Assembly (NCBI RefSeq): GCF_000143415.4
Contig: NW_003314286.1
Location: 903,643 to 967,642 of the forward strand
Length of the DNA: 64,000 nt
Direction of reading: 5' to 3'
Source: Selaginella moellendorffii
Lineage: Eukaryota; Plantae; Lycopodiophyta
Part shown: positions 53,861 through 64,000 of the stretch, in pieces
Position numbering within the stretch: position 1 is the first letter of the stretch
Layout of the letters: each line of letters opens with the position of its first letter
Program-made: the position numbers and the translations under genes
Notes under the pieces: generated by a model
Told to the model about the DNA's origin: nothing
Databases searched by the model: none
What the model saw: the letters and a program-made list of their open reading frames with translations, nothing else

Positions 53861-54679
53861 ATGGGGCGGCCGCTCGTCTACGACATCATCGACAGGCCCG
53901 CTAGCAGCTGCCTGATCGCGCTGTGCAGCGCGGTGTGGCTCTACATCCAGCACCGGAGCATCGGCTACGCGGAGGTTGGGATGAGCTACGAGACGGTGGT
54001 GCTCCAGGGGCAGTACTGGCGGATCCTCACCTCCTCCTTCTCGCACATAAGCTTCCTCCACCTCGTCTTCAACATGAGCGCACTGTGGAGCCTGGGCATG
54101 GTGGAGGGCCTCAAGGGGATCGGCCTGGGGGTCACCTTCTACGTCCACTACACGCTCCTTCTGGTGCTTCTCTCGGCGGCGCTCGTCCTGGGGATCTACC
54201 ACCTCCTCATCCATCGCTTCAACCTGGAGCTCTACAAGCGTGTCTCGGCGGTGGGTTACTCGTGCGTGGTTTTCGGCTGGATGACGATCCTGGCGTCCAA
54301 GCAGCCATCGTCCAAGCTCGAGCTCTTCGGCCTCCTCTCGCTCCCCATCAACTTTGCGCCATTCGAGTCGCTGGTTTTCACGTCCATCATCGTCCCCAAG
54401 GCCAGCTTCCTGGGACACCTCGCCGGGATCATTGTCGGCTACTTGATCGCGTGGGGGTCGATCCAGGGGATGACGAACTACTGGTTTGTATCGCTGCTGG
54501 CGTGGATGGTCTTGCTGCTCGGGCTCAGCATCCACAGGACGTCGTCGTATCAGTTTTGGTTTCTCCAGATCGAGCCCGTCGCAGATCCCAGCGTCCCGCA
54601 GCTCTCCAACTCTCCCACGCTGCTGCAAAACTCTTCGTTTGCTACTGCTCCACCGGTTTTTGGAAGCCAACTCGTTTGA
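53861..54679 (+). CDS. Rhomboid-like intramembrane serine protease (RBL13-like), single exon
   Basis: [22 protein letters not shown]; catalytic-type VGYS and SFLGHLAG; multiple transmembrane segments. Confidence 0.9.
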   Translation: MGRPLVYDIIDRPASSCLIALCSAVWLYIQHRSIGYAEVGMSYETVVLQGQYWRILTSSFSHISFLHLVFNMSALWSLGMVEGLKGIGLGVTFYVHYTLLLVLLSAALVLGIYHLLIHRFNLELYKRVSAVGYSCVVFGWMTILASKQPSSKLELFGLLSLPINFAPFESLVFTSIIVPKASFLGHLAGIIVGYLIAWGSIQGMTNYWFVSLLAWMVLLLGLSIHRTSSYQFWFLQIEPVADPSVPQLSNSPTLLQNSSFATAPPVFGSQLV

Positions 54680-54814
54680 TTCAGATGGAAACGAAGTAGA
54701 GTTGACAACTCCGAGAGAGGTAACTACCAGACTCTTCTCTCATCGTTTCATGCTTGCTCTCGCTTCCATTAGGCTCTTTGTTTCGCTCGATTGTTTACCT
54801 AAGGCTCTGCGACT

Positions 54815-55010
54815 GCGTCCAAGTGCATTGTCTTCGGTTCTCCACGTTTCAAAGAATGGTAACTTCTTCTTGTCGTTCTGCTTTTGCTTTTTGTTCTTTC
54901 TCGTTGTGTGTAAACGTCTTATGGTGCAGGGGCTCAAGATGGAGGTGATTCCACTCGCTCACAAAGCCATTGAAATTCCTCGGAGATAGAACAGAAAAAG
55001 CGTCGTTTTT
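54815..55010 (+). pseudogene. Deleted 5' fragment of the Maf gene
   Basis: TTCAAAGAATGGTAAC, GCAGGGGCTCAAG.TGGAGGT.ATTCCA and CTCACAAAGCCATTGAA match 55530-55830 with large deletions. Confidence 0.75.
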
Positions 55011-55494
55011 TTCTTATTCTTTTCGAGCGAGATTTACAGTGTCTGCGCATTTGAGAAAGCTTGTCTGAACCTAGGTCCAATTTAGGGTGTGATCACCAAC
55101 TACACCATCCAAACATTGTTCTTTATTTCTTCAAGAAATTATAAAGACTTCACATGCAGCTTTTTTAAATGATTAAATTTCTGTGGAGCTCTAACAAAAT
55201 ATACTTGTGAAAATCCGTATATACTGAACAGAATATATTTAACAGACCAAATAAAATATATGTCTTATAGAAGATGTTCTTTTGATAAAGATTTGAGAAT
55301 GTTTCTTCATGCGGCATTATTATGATTCTAGTGAAATTGCCAATGAGATCCATGAGGCGTCACAACGATAACCCCCGATTACTGCCGAATACACTGAACG
55401 CTCGATGGTGAGATCTCACATAATCAGCCTTGAGGCTTTTCTAGGGCTCATTTTTGTTTGGCGATTTTCCTACTTAGGCCGCTCCGGGAGTGCG

Positions 55495-56664
55495 ATGCTG
55501 ATCCGGCATATGCCTCTGCTGCTGTCCAAGCGCATTGTCTTAGCTTCGGCTTCTCCACGTCGCTTTGAGCTGTTTCAAAGAATGGTAACCTTTTTTCTCC
55601 GTCTTCGCTTTGTTTTGTATGCTCCTCCCCTGGCAGGGGCTCAAGGTGGAGGTAATTCCATCCACGTTTGAGGAGACACTGGACAAGCTGCAATATGCGA
55701 CTCCTGGAGGTGAGAAAATATTTTTGTAGCGCTTTGCTTACAAGCGCTGTGACAGACTATGCTGCGGAGACCGCCACTCACAAAGCCATTGAAGTTTCTA
55801 GGAGATTGATACAAGTAAGAACAGAAAAGCGTCATCTTGTCACTATTCCTGGGGTTCTAATTGAGTTCTTTCGTTTTTCAGCTCGAGAGCCAGAGGAACG
55901 TGGATTTAATCGTTGGAGCTGACACAGTCGTGGAGCTTGACGTGAGAAATCCCTTTCTTTTTCTCATTGCTGGCGTGAGACGCTGTGTAGGGAATGATTC
56001 TGGAGAAGCCTCGCGATGAGAAAGACGCCTTTCGAATGCTGTCCCTGTTGAGCGGTACGTCTATCGGTTTGCAACTCACACAAAAACGGAGGCTTTTCCA
56101 CAGGCCGACAACACAAAGTTTACACAGGAGTTGTGATTCTCCTGCCGCATGCCACAGGTTCTCTAGATTTGCTTCCCTATCTATGGCCTCGTTTCAATCC
56201 AGGTTTCTAGATCCCACGCTCGGACAGGCACCATTGTTACGATCATTCTACGAGGAGACTGCTGTAAAATAAGTTAGGGTGCTCTCGAGCTCTCAAAGTT
56301 TTTCCCTCTTCTTACTGAAGGTGGAGTTTGGTAATCTGGACGAGGCTACCATCACAGCATACATCGCGACCGGGGAGCCCATGGACAAAGCTGGCTCTTA
56401 TGGCATCCAGGTTCCTTTGCCTTTATCCTCTTCGCAATTCATTCAATGCCTTGCAGGACGCGGGCGCCTCACTCGTCAAGTCCGTCAATGGATGCTTCTA
56501 CAACGTCGTTGGCTTCCCAATCCACCGGTGAGTAGTCTCTACGCCTCCTCCCCTTGCGTAGATGTTCATAAAATCAGTGCGTTTGCAGGTTTTGTCTGGA
56601 GTTGGAGAGTCTCATCGGGAGTGGAATGCTCCGGGAGAACAATCCAGCACCGACAGAGCTCTGA
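55495..56664 (+). CDS. Maf-like nucleoside-triphosphate pyrophosphatase (YhdE/ASMTL-like), multi-exon
   Basis: [47 protein letters not shown]. Confidence 0.9.
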
Positions 56665-58210
56665 AATTTGCCTGCCACTAAATATCTAGAGAAAGACGAG
56701 ACGAGGCGGCTTCTCGCTCCGCCCCGTCTCGGTGCAAGAAGCTCTCTCAAAACTCCAGATGAGATGAAAGGGTGGCCATGCTATCTCTTCGGCAAAAAGA
56801 ATTTTTTTTTGTGTTTTTGCTCAAATGGATCATCGCTCGTCATGCATACAATGCCGCGTCGGCTTCTGCTTCCCGGCTGGACTCTTCCTCCTCTGGATTT
56901 TTCCCCAGCTCGCTCAATTCCCAGCGAAAATCTCGTCACATTTAACCACAGTTCACCGTGGTCGGATCTAATCACAGGATCGATCATTAAGTATACCCCT
57001 TGGGAAGAGGCATCGATGGAGGAAGGAGAGGAGTTCGTCTCTAGACACACAAAAATAAATTGTATGTTGTGTACTTTATGTAAGTTCATGTGCGAAACCT
57101 TTTACATAAGATAAAATTCCCACTAAATGTATGTGCAAATCCAAATAAAAAACATTACAAAAATAAAAAGTTAAATAGTGTACTAAACTTTATGAACAGT
57201 AGTTCTAAAGTTAAAACATAAATTTATAACAGAGTTTTGTTTAAATCTTCAAAGAGTAGAATAGTTTTTGCATTGTTTGGCCATAATATATATAACAGCA
57301 AACAAATAATTCCAATTCTGCTGAGCTTGTCTGTATTATTCTTCATCAATCTTATTCTATTTTTAATCATTTAAAAGTATACTCCTTTTCTGAAAACAAA
57401 TCTTTTATCCACTCGAATATACCAAATAAGTTGCCTTGAGATGTTAGAGCTTTAAACAAATGGAGCACCTTCCAACCTTATCTAAACCTGTAATTTATGA
57501 ACCTATGCTGTCCAAAGCTAACAGAATAACTACTTTAGTGCTGATCCTCTCTCTATATTTATTGTCCTTGCAACTATAACTTAGTTCATATGTTGCAACA
57601 TTGTGTTCTTACCTCTTAGCCTTGTGCTAACATATCTCATTGGCTTTTTAGAACATGTTTTAAGCCAAAAACTGAAGTGTAGTGAAAGGTTGAATCCATT
57701 TTGATCTACCATGACCTCAATGGAGCTCACTCTCATATGGATACTTGTATCTAGCTTGATCTTCTTTCTTGAATCTTCTCATGACTTACATGATACAAAT
57801 ACATTAAACTAAATAATATTCTAGTGTCACTTTGGAGAATGGATTTTATTTAAGTTTTGTAATGTTATTATATTGATATAACTACAAAAAATAATGTTAG
57901 TTTTACTGAAAAAAAAGATTGTCTTCTATGTCATCAGTAATTATGGATTAGGTTTATAATAATTTTTTAAAAAGCCAGATATAGTGTAATATAATAAACC
58001 ATATATTGAAAGTCAGATTGTGTTCCAATTTTATAATAGTGCTTTAGAAAGAGAATCATATTATCATATACATCAAAAACCATATTGAGTGTCAATTTCA
58101 TAACAATGTTTGAGAAAATCATGGTTTAGTATATTAGATATTGTAAATCATATCCTTATATTTTATCTTTCAATATAAATAACATTTTGTTATATATATC
58201 TAATGCAAAT

Positions 58211-58310
58211 NNNNNNNNNNNNNNNNNNNNNNNNNNNNNNNNNNNNNNNNNNNNNNNNNNNNNNNNNNNNNNNNNNNNNNNNNNNNNNNNNNNNNNNNNN
58301 NNNNNNNNNN
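58211..58310. other. Assembly gap (100 N)
   Basis: Run of N. Confidence 1.
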
Positions 58311-58625
58311 CTTAGGGGTTGAGCAAAAAGTGGGAGTCCCGCTTTTTATTTTGGCCCTCGAAAGCTTATTACAGCGGTTTGGACTTACATGGTTGTCAAG
58401 GGGAGGGGGTTATGAAAAAAAGCGAGCCTGGCGATGGGATGGGGCGCTACTATCGTTTCAGTGACTAAATTTTTCATTTTATTTTAGTCACTTAATTATA
58501 TATTTGACCAATCTCACTCACAACATTTATATATTTTATTCTTGATTGACTTGGGGACATGCTAGCTTTGTGAATGGCATCTATGACACTCAGCCTTTGC
58601 ACTTGATCCAAGTGCTCTATATGTT

Positions 58626-61039
58626 CAGAATATTCTCATGCAGAATATTCTGGTTTTAGGGCGCACGGCATCACACGACAATCCAGCCAGGGCGCACCAT
58701 TTCAGGGCACAGCAGCAGCAATCCAAGGCAAACAAGCATGGCGCAGCAATCCAGCATACTGCGAAAGCATCCTTCTTCGCGATGGTGGGATGAGGTAAGT
58801 GTTCTTGAGAGCAGGGGGCATGGCCACAAATTATGGTCATGCAAATACTGCCCAATGGTGAACAAACTGAGTGGTGTTGATCGTGTGTGAGCTCATCTAT
58901 TAGGAGAAGGCCTAGGCAGCAAGGATATTGTGAGTTGTCCTCTCATCCCAGGTAATAAGAAAGCGGATCTACTCAATATGCAAAAGGTTATTGATTCCGA
59001 GAAAGGGGCAACGGGGAAGAAACGGCCGAATGAATCTGGTGGTGCTTCTATGAGAATGGATGGCAATGTCCAAGGATTTCCACCGGTGGTATCATCCCAG
59101 TCAAGTGGAAGTGGCTGCAGTTCCCTGTTTTTTAGTAAACAGAGTCAAGTCCATATTGTTGATTCGATGGATCCTGAGCGGAAGAACCGAGTTGATGTGG
59201 CTATCGGAAGATTTTTCTGGAATGAACACATTCCATTTGTCAAGGCTCGGTCACCTTACTTCCTCAACATGATACAGGAAGTTGCCAGGCATGGTGTGCC
59301 TTATGCACCACCAAAATATGATAATCTCCGGGATAAGCTTTTGGTGAAAGAGAAACGATTCATTGACATTGAGATGGCGTCCTTGAGGAAGCAGTGGGAG
59401 CAGAGGGGTGCAACCATATGCGCAGACGGGTGGGTAGATAGGAGGAATCGGCATATCATGGGGCTTGTGGCATATAGTCAAGGACAAGGAGCTTTTTTGA
59501 AGGCTATCGACATTTCCTTAACAGGAAAAACAGCTGAAAATACTCTGCACTGCTGGGAAGAAGGCATTAACATTGTAGGTGCAGAGAACATTGTCATGGT
59601 TGTGACCGATGGGGAAAATGCAAACAGAGCAGCAGCAGCACTTTTGCAACAGAGGTACCCGAAAATTCAATGGGCAGCATGTTTTGCCCATTGCTTGAAC
59701 AATGCCTTGAAAGACTTCGGTGTACTTCCATGGATGGCAACACTTCTGGAGCGTGGAAAGTCTTTGGTGATCTTCGTTAGAAACCACTCTCATATAGTGG
59801 CACTGCTGGTGGAGTTTACTCACAAGCGATTGCTGCGTTATTGTGATACCAGGTTCGGCTACAACTTCATTATGATGGAGAGGCTGGTGGAGCTCCGAGA
59901 AGCTTTACAACAGATGTTCGTATGCCCTGCGTACAGAGCAAGGCCTGAGTCGAAGTCGAGAGCAGGAAGGGACAGTTATGCAACGGTTTTTGATGACAGT
60001 TTCTGGCAACAGGTTAAGGACATGCTAGAGGTGTCCAAGGATGTTATGCTGCTTCTTCGTGTTGTGGACAGTGATATACTTGCGATTGGAAAGATATATG
60101 AGTGCATGAACAGGTTGGATGCAAGTTTAGAGGAAGGACAGTCGGATTATGGCAGGTACAGGGAACTTCATCAGATCATGTCTAATAGGTGGCATAAGTA
60201 TCACTCGCTCATGCACTCGGTGGCGTACATGTTGGACCCCGAGTTTCAGGAGTATGAAAAGCATGCTAACAGAGAGGTCATGAAGGACTGGAATGCTTAT
60301 CTGCTGGCCATGTTTACATCCAGTGAGAGGGATGTGATACGTGATGAGCTTTTAACTTACCGGAGGATAGGAGGCATTTTCAACTCATATGATGCTAAGG
60401 CTGATCACACTAAGAGGGGAGCTGTACGTTGGTGGGAGGACTATGGTTATGAAACTCCAGCTCTTCAAAAGTTGGCCATTCGAGTTCTAAGTCAGGCATG
60501 CTCGTCGTCCTCGGTGGAGAGATTGTTCAGTACTTTCGAGCATGTTTCTTCAAAAAAGAGGAACAGACTTACCATGGACAGGACAGCGGATCTGGTTTTT
60601 GTGGCTTGCAACACCAGGTTGTTAACCTGCAAAAATGATCGTGATTACGACAAGTTTGTAAGCTACAAAGTCCTGGAGACAGTTCCTCATCCTGAAGACG
60701 AGCTTGAGTCAGGACAGGAAGAGGAAGATGGAGATGATGTCGAAGATCGTGAGGTCGAAGATCATGAGGTTGAAGATGACGATGAGATGCAGGATATTTG
60801 AGTAGTTTAAAAGTGTGAAGTAGTTTATGTGCAAATAAAAATATTAAGAATAATATAATAAAATATAGCATATTCCTATAATAATATAATAAGAAATAGA
60901 ATATAATTTTTAAATAACATATTCTTAGAATATTCAGTAGAATATTTGTGAGCCATCGTGGGCCGTGATCGTGTTCCGTGTTCGGGTTCCTGAAATCTGA
61001 GGCTCGTGTTCGTGTTCCGTGTTCGTGTTCATAACTATG
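58626..61039 (+). mobile_element. hAT-superfamily DNA transposon; right end present, left end missing
   Basis: Ends ..GTTCATAACTATG (reverse complement CATAGTTATGAAC), preceded by CGTGTTC subterminal repeats; host LTR sequence resumes immediately after. No matching left TIR or 8-bp TSD. Confidence 0.8.
58738..60801 (+). pseudogene. hAT transposase (BED finger, DUF659, C-terminal dimerisation domain) with one in-frame stop
   Basis: ATG at 58738 reads ..WWDEV..LWSCKYC..DRV*AHL..IVSCP (TGA at 58888), in frame with the 623-aa ORF containing ICADGW, VVTDG, CFAHC and WWEDYG..LQKLAIRVLSQACSSSSVERLFS. Confidence 0.9.
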
Positions 61040-62264
61040 CTAAAGGTACTATTGATATATTAATTTGTCACACTAAAGCTATATTCATTCACCTTTGTCT
61101 TATGAGTAGTCTAAGACCACCTATACCATAGTTTCATCTCCCCAAAGATTAGGGCATCCAGTCGTCCCATAATCACACTTGAACATCATTAGAATGCTTA
61201 AAGATATGTGAAACACTTTTCCTCAATATCCTTTCTTTGATTCTTATTAAGTCTCTTTTCATCAAAGGTTGTACTTGCCAACTAAGTCCTATTGACCTCT
61301 GGGCCTTCCTTTCCATGTGACCATATCCTTGGTCATTACAGAAGAGGATTGTTCTTTTTCTTTTCTACAGTTTGAGACTTTGGGACAATATTTCGCAACA
61401 CCATGGCCTAACACGAACTTTGTAAGTACTCTCTAAATGCTTTATCCATGTGGCTAAAGTAAAGTTTTAATGAGTCATGCCAAATATTCAAGTAGGCAAT
61501 GCCACCCACACTTGGATTGGGAGCATTGACAATTTGATTTCCCAAGGGAGCTAAAATTAGGTTTTGAACACTTCATTAAATTATTCTACTTGTCTATCCA
61601 TATTTACTCTAGCTTTGGACTCTTCAATAGTTATATAATCACTCACTATGTGAGTATAAGCTTTCCTAGTCACACTAACCTTTCCTGGTCAAATTAATTT
61701 TATTGGAATCCTCCCCTTATTATCCTTTTGGAACTTATTAAACCCCTTAGTGTTTGGGAGATAATTACTTTAGGCTTTCACCCTTGGACTTAAACTCGAA
61801 CTCTGACTCAAACCCAATTCCAGTCCTAGTCTCGGTCTTGGTCCTGCTCTCGGCTCTAGTTTCGATCCCGATCTTAGTCTTGGTCTCGGACTTAATCTCG
61901 GTCCCTATTTTGGACTCTTTAGATTTGGTTCTGACACTTCTATGTGTCACAACACTTGTCATGTGTTAGTCCTACCAATGATATTAATGTACTTGTATCA
62001 CCAACCCCACAAAGAAAATGACAGTTGACCACAAAGGACATGTCTGTATTTGTCACCAGCTGGCAACAAACATACATGTATCACCAACAAAGAACATGTG
62101 GCCTTCAATGTCTGTAGCTGGCAACAAACGTGCACGCCATCGTTTTGGTAGCCATCTGGATCATTTATAGAGGAAGTCAGTATTTGCTTACTTCCCTCCC
62201 TGTGTGTGCAAATTTCTGTGTGCAGAAGTGTGTGAAGGAAGAATAGATCCTAGTGTAACGTGAT

Positions 62265-62927
62265 ATGGCTGGGAGGTGTAATCAAGGAAAGGGTGAGATG
62301 GATGTAGAGGAAGCCAGTGATGAAATGGCTGCAGAAGAGAGCTCTGTGGTCACTCACGAAGAAGAGAAGTCTATTGCTGACGAAGAAAAAGGTGCAAGGT
62401 CTGTAACTGCAGTCGTGGTGGCAGGACTGGGGCTTGGATCTTCGGTTATCAACAGCATCCTGAATGGGCTGGGTTCAGTACAACGCAAGATTGTAATCTC
62501 GTTTGCCAACAATACTGGCCATCAGCTCACAGCTATAGGTGTATATTTCTTTTCTGGAACAGCTGACAATGGACTCCCTGGTGCTATTCCTGATAAATCC
62601 ACACTCGGCTTTGGAGCTCGCAAGACAAGGGGTCCTGTGGCGAGAGGCACTGTTGGGGTTATCACTTATTATCTTTCAGCCGAAAATCGGACAGCCGCAA
62701 TCATGTGGAGTGTCCCGTTTGACTACAACTTATATTCCAACTGGTGGAACTTTGAATTGCGAAATGGGAGAGTTTCCCCCTCAAGGAGCTTGTTCAACGA
62801 TCTCTATTACACAGATTCTGCAATTAAGGGTGATAGCAACTTTGTCTCTCGCTTTACTAATGGACGGAAGTTTGAGGGGTCTATGGGACACTCTGGTACT
62901 CCAGTTCTGGATATAACACTACACTAA
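62265..62927 (+). CDS. Actinoporin-like pore-forming protein (bryoporin/sea-anemone cytolysin family), intronless
   Basis: LGSVQRKIVI, YFFSGT, GPVARGTVGVITY, family signature WSVPFDYNLYSNWWN, KGD, GSMGHSGTPVLDI. Confidence 0.93.
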   Translation: MAGRCNQGKGEMDVEEASDEMAAEESSVVTHEEEKSIADEEKGARSVTAVVVAGLGLGSSVINSILNGLGSVQRKIVISFANNTGHQLTAIGVYFFSGTADNGLPGAIPDKSTLGFGARKTRGPVARGTVGVITYYLSAENRTAAIMWSVPFDYNLYSNWWNFELRNGRVSPSRSLFNDLYYTDSAIKGDSNFVSRFTNGRKFEGSMGHSGTPVLDITLH

Positions 62928-63039
62928 AATATTTTGAAGAGAAAGAGGAATATATCAACTACAAAAAATAAAAAATAAAAAACTGTATTAACTAAGTATA
63001 ATATATAATATTTTATTAGGTAGTTTATTTTGCTCATCG

Positions 63040-63970
63040 GCAAGGGGAGGAGGCGTGGAGACTACTCACCGGTGGATTGGGAAGCCAACGACGTTGTAGA
63101 AGCATCCATTGACGGACTTGACGAGTGAGGCGCCCACGTCCTGCAAGGCATTGAATGAATTACGAAGGTGATAAGGAACCTGGATGCCGTAACAGCCAGC
63201 TTTGTCCATGGGCTCCCCGGTCGCGATGTATGCTGTGATGGTAGCCTCGTCCAGATTACCAAACTCCTTCAGTAAGAAGAGGGGAAAACTCGAGAGCTCG
63301 AGAGCACGCTAACTTATTTTACAGAAGTCTCCTCGTAGAATGATCTTAACAATGGTGCCTGTCCGAGCGCGAGATCGAGAAACCTGGATTGAAACGAGGG
63401 CCCGACAGAGATAGGGAAGCAAATCTAGAGAACCTGTGGCATGCGGCAGGAGAATCACAACTCCTGTGTAAACTTTGTGTTGTTGGCCGGTAGAAACTCC
63501 GTTTTTGTGTGAGTTGCAAAACGATAGACAGGCGTCTTTCACATTGCGAGGCTTCTCCACAATCATTCCCTGCACAGCGTCTCACGCCAGGGATGAGAAA
63601 AAGAAAAGACATTTCTTACGTGAAGCTCCACGACTGTGTCAGCTCCAACGATTAAATCCACGTTCCTCTGGCTCTCGAGCTGAAAAACGAAAGAACTCAA
63701 CTAGAACCCCAGGAATAGTGACAAGATGACGCTTTTCTGTTCTTACTTGTATCAATCTCCTAGAAACTTCAATGGTTTTGTGAGTGGCGGTCTCCGCAGC
63801 ATAATCTGTCACAGTGCTTGTAAGCAAAGCGCCACAAAAATATTTTCTCACATCAGCAGTGGCATATGCCGGATTCCCGGAGTCGCCATCGGCAGCAATT
63901 ATGAACTGTTTCTTCAGGGTTTTCTCTAAGAAGTGTCAATCGTTGTGCCTCAATAGTGGCATGGATCATT
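63040..63970 (-). pseudogene. Inverted duplicate of the Maf gene with introns retained; exons 1-2 largely deleted and last exon absent
   Basis: 63040-63853 is closely similar to the reverse complement of 55709-56557; remnants of exon 1 and upstream sequence at 63855-63970; an exon end and donor site are deleted near 63530. Confidence 0.9.
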
Positions 63971-64000
63971 TACCTGTGTCAAAAGTAATCAGTGCGTTTG

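Larger units (their letters stand above)
58462..61972 (-). mobile_element. Heavily decayed LTR of the same family as 3788-5649, split by a hAT insertion (LTR parts ~58462-58625 and ~61040-61972)
   Basis: 58565-58625 matches the reverse complement of 5475-5530; 61500-61530 (GCCACCCACACTTGGATTGGGAGCAT) matches 6249-6275; remnant of the hexamer array at 61790-61920. Confidence 0.8.

Noticed and set aside
53807-54699. 287-aa antisense and 258-aa alternative-frame ORFs over the rhomboid
   Set aside because: Shadow ORFs from high GC3; similar shadows occur over DUF632, CHX, EBF and the cold-shock gene.
58311-58460. Unassigned sequence next to the N gap
   Set aside because: May be low-quality contig-end sequence; no supportable feature.

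Overview
Gene-dense eukaryotic (land-plant) DNA with short introns (~50-100 bp). The compact introns plus an actinoporin/bryoporin-like gene and a PAS-domain histidine kinase suggest a non-seed plant, most likely the lycophyte Selaginella (inference only). Layout: 1-7.9 kb is a nest of one LTR-retroelement family, namely a minus-strand element with a solo LTR inserted in the opposite orientation (TCTAT target-site duplication). 9.8-33.5 kb holds DUF630/632 (NRG2-like), an F-box, DnaJ, two pollen Ole e 1 genes, a decaying F-box/LRR triplication, UBLCP1, a CHX antiporter and MET1. 33.6-38.2 kb is an accessory island: a diverged repeat pair, a ~2 kb non-autonomous Helitron carrying gene fragments, and an extremely AT-rich secreted chimeric bulb-type lectin ORF. 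39-56.7 kb holds EBF (with poly-U stem-loops in its 3'UTR), UGPase, a RING E3, a cold-shock protein, the PAS hybrid histidine kinase, a rhomboid and Maf. After a 100-N gap come a decayed LTR interrupted by a one-ended hAT transposon, an actinoporin-like pore-forming toxin gene with an acidic pro-like N-terminus, and an inverted Maf pseudogene. Multi-exon genes are given as whole spans; exon boundaries were read by eye and no database searches were run.
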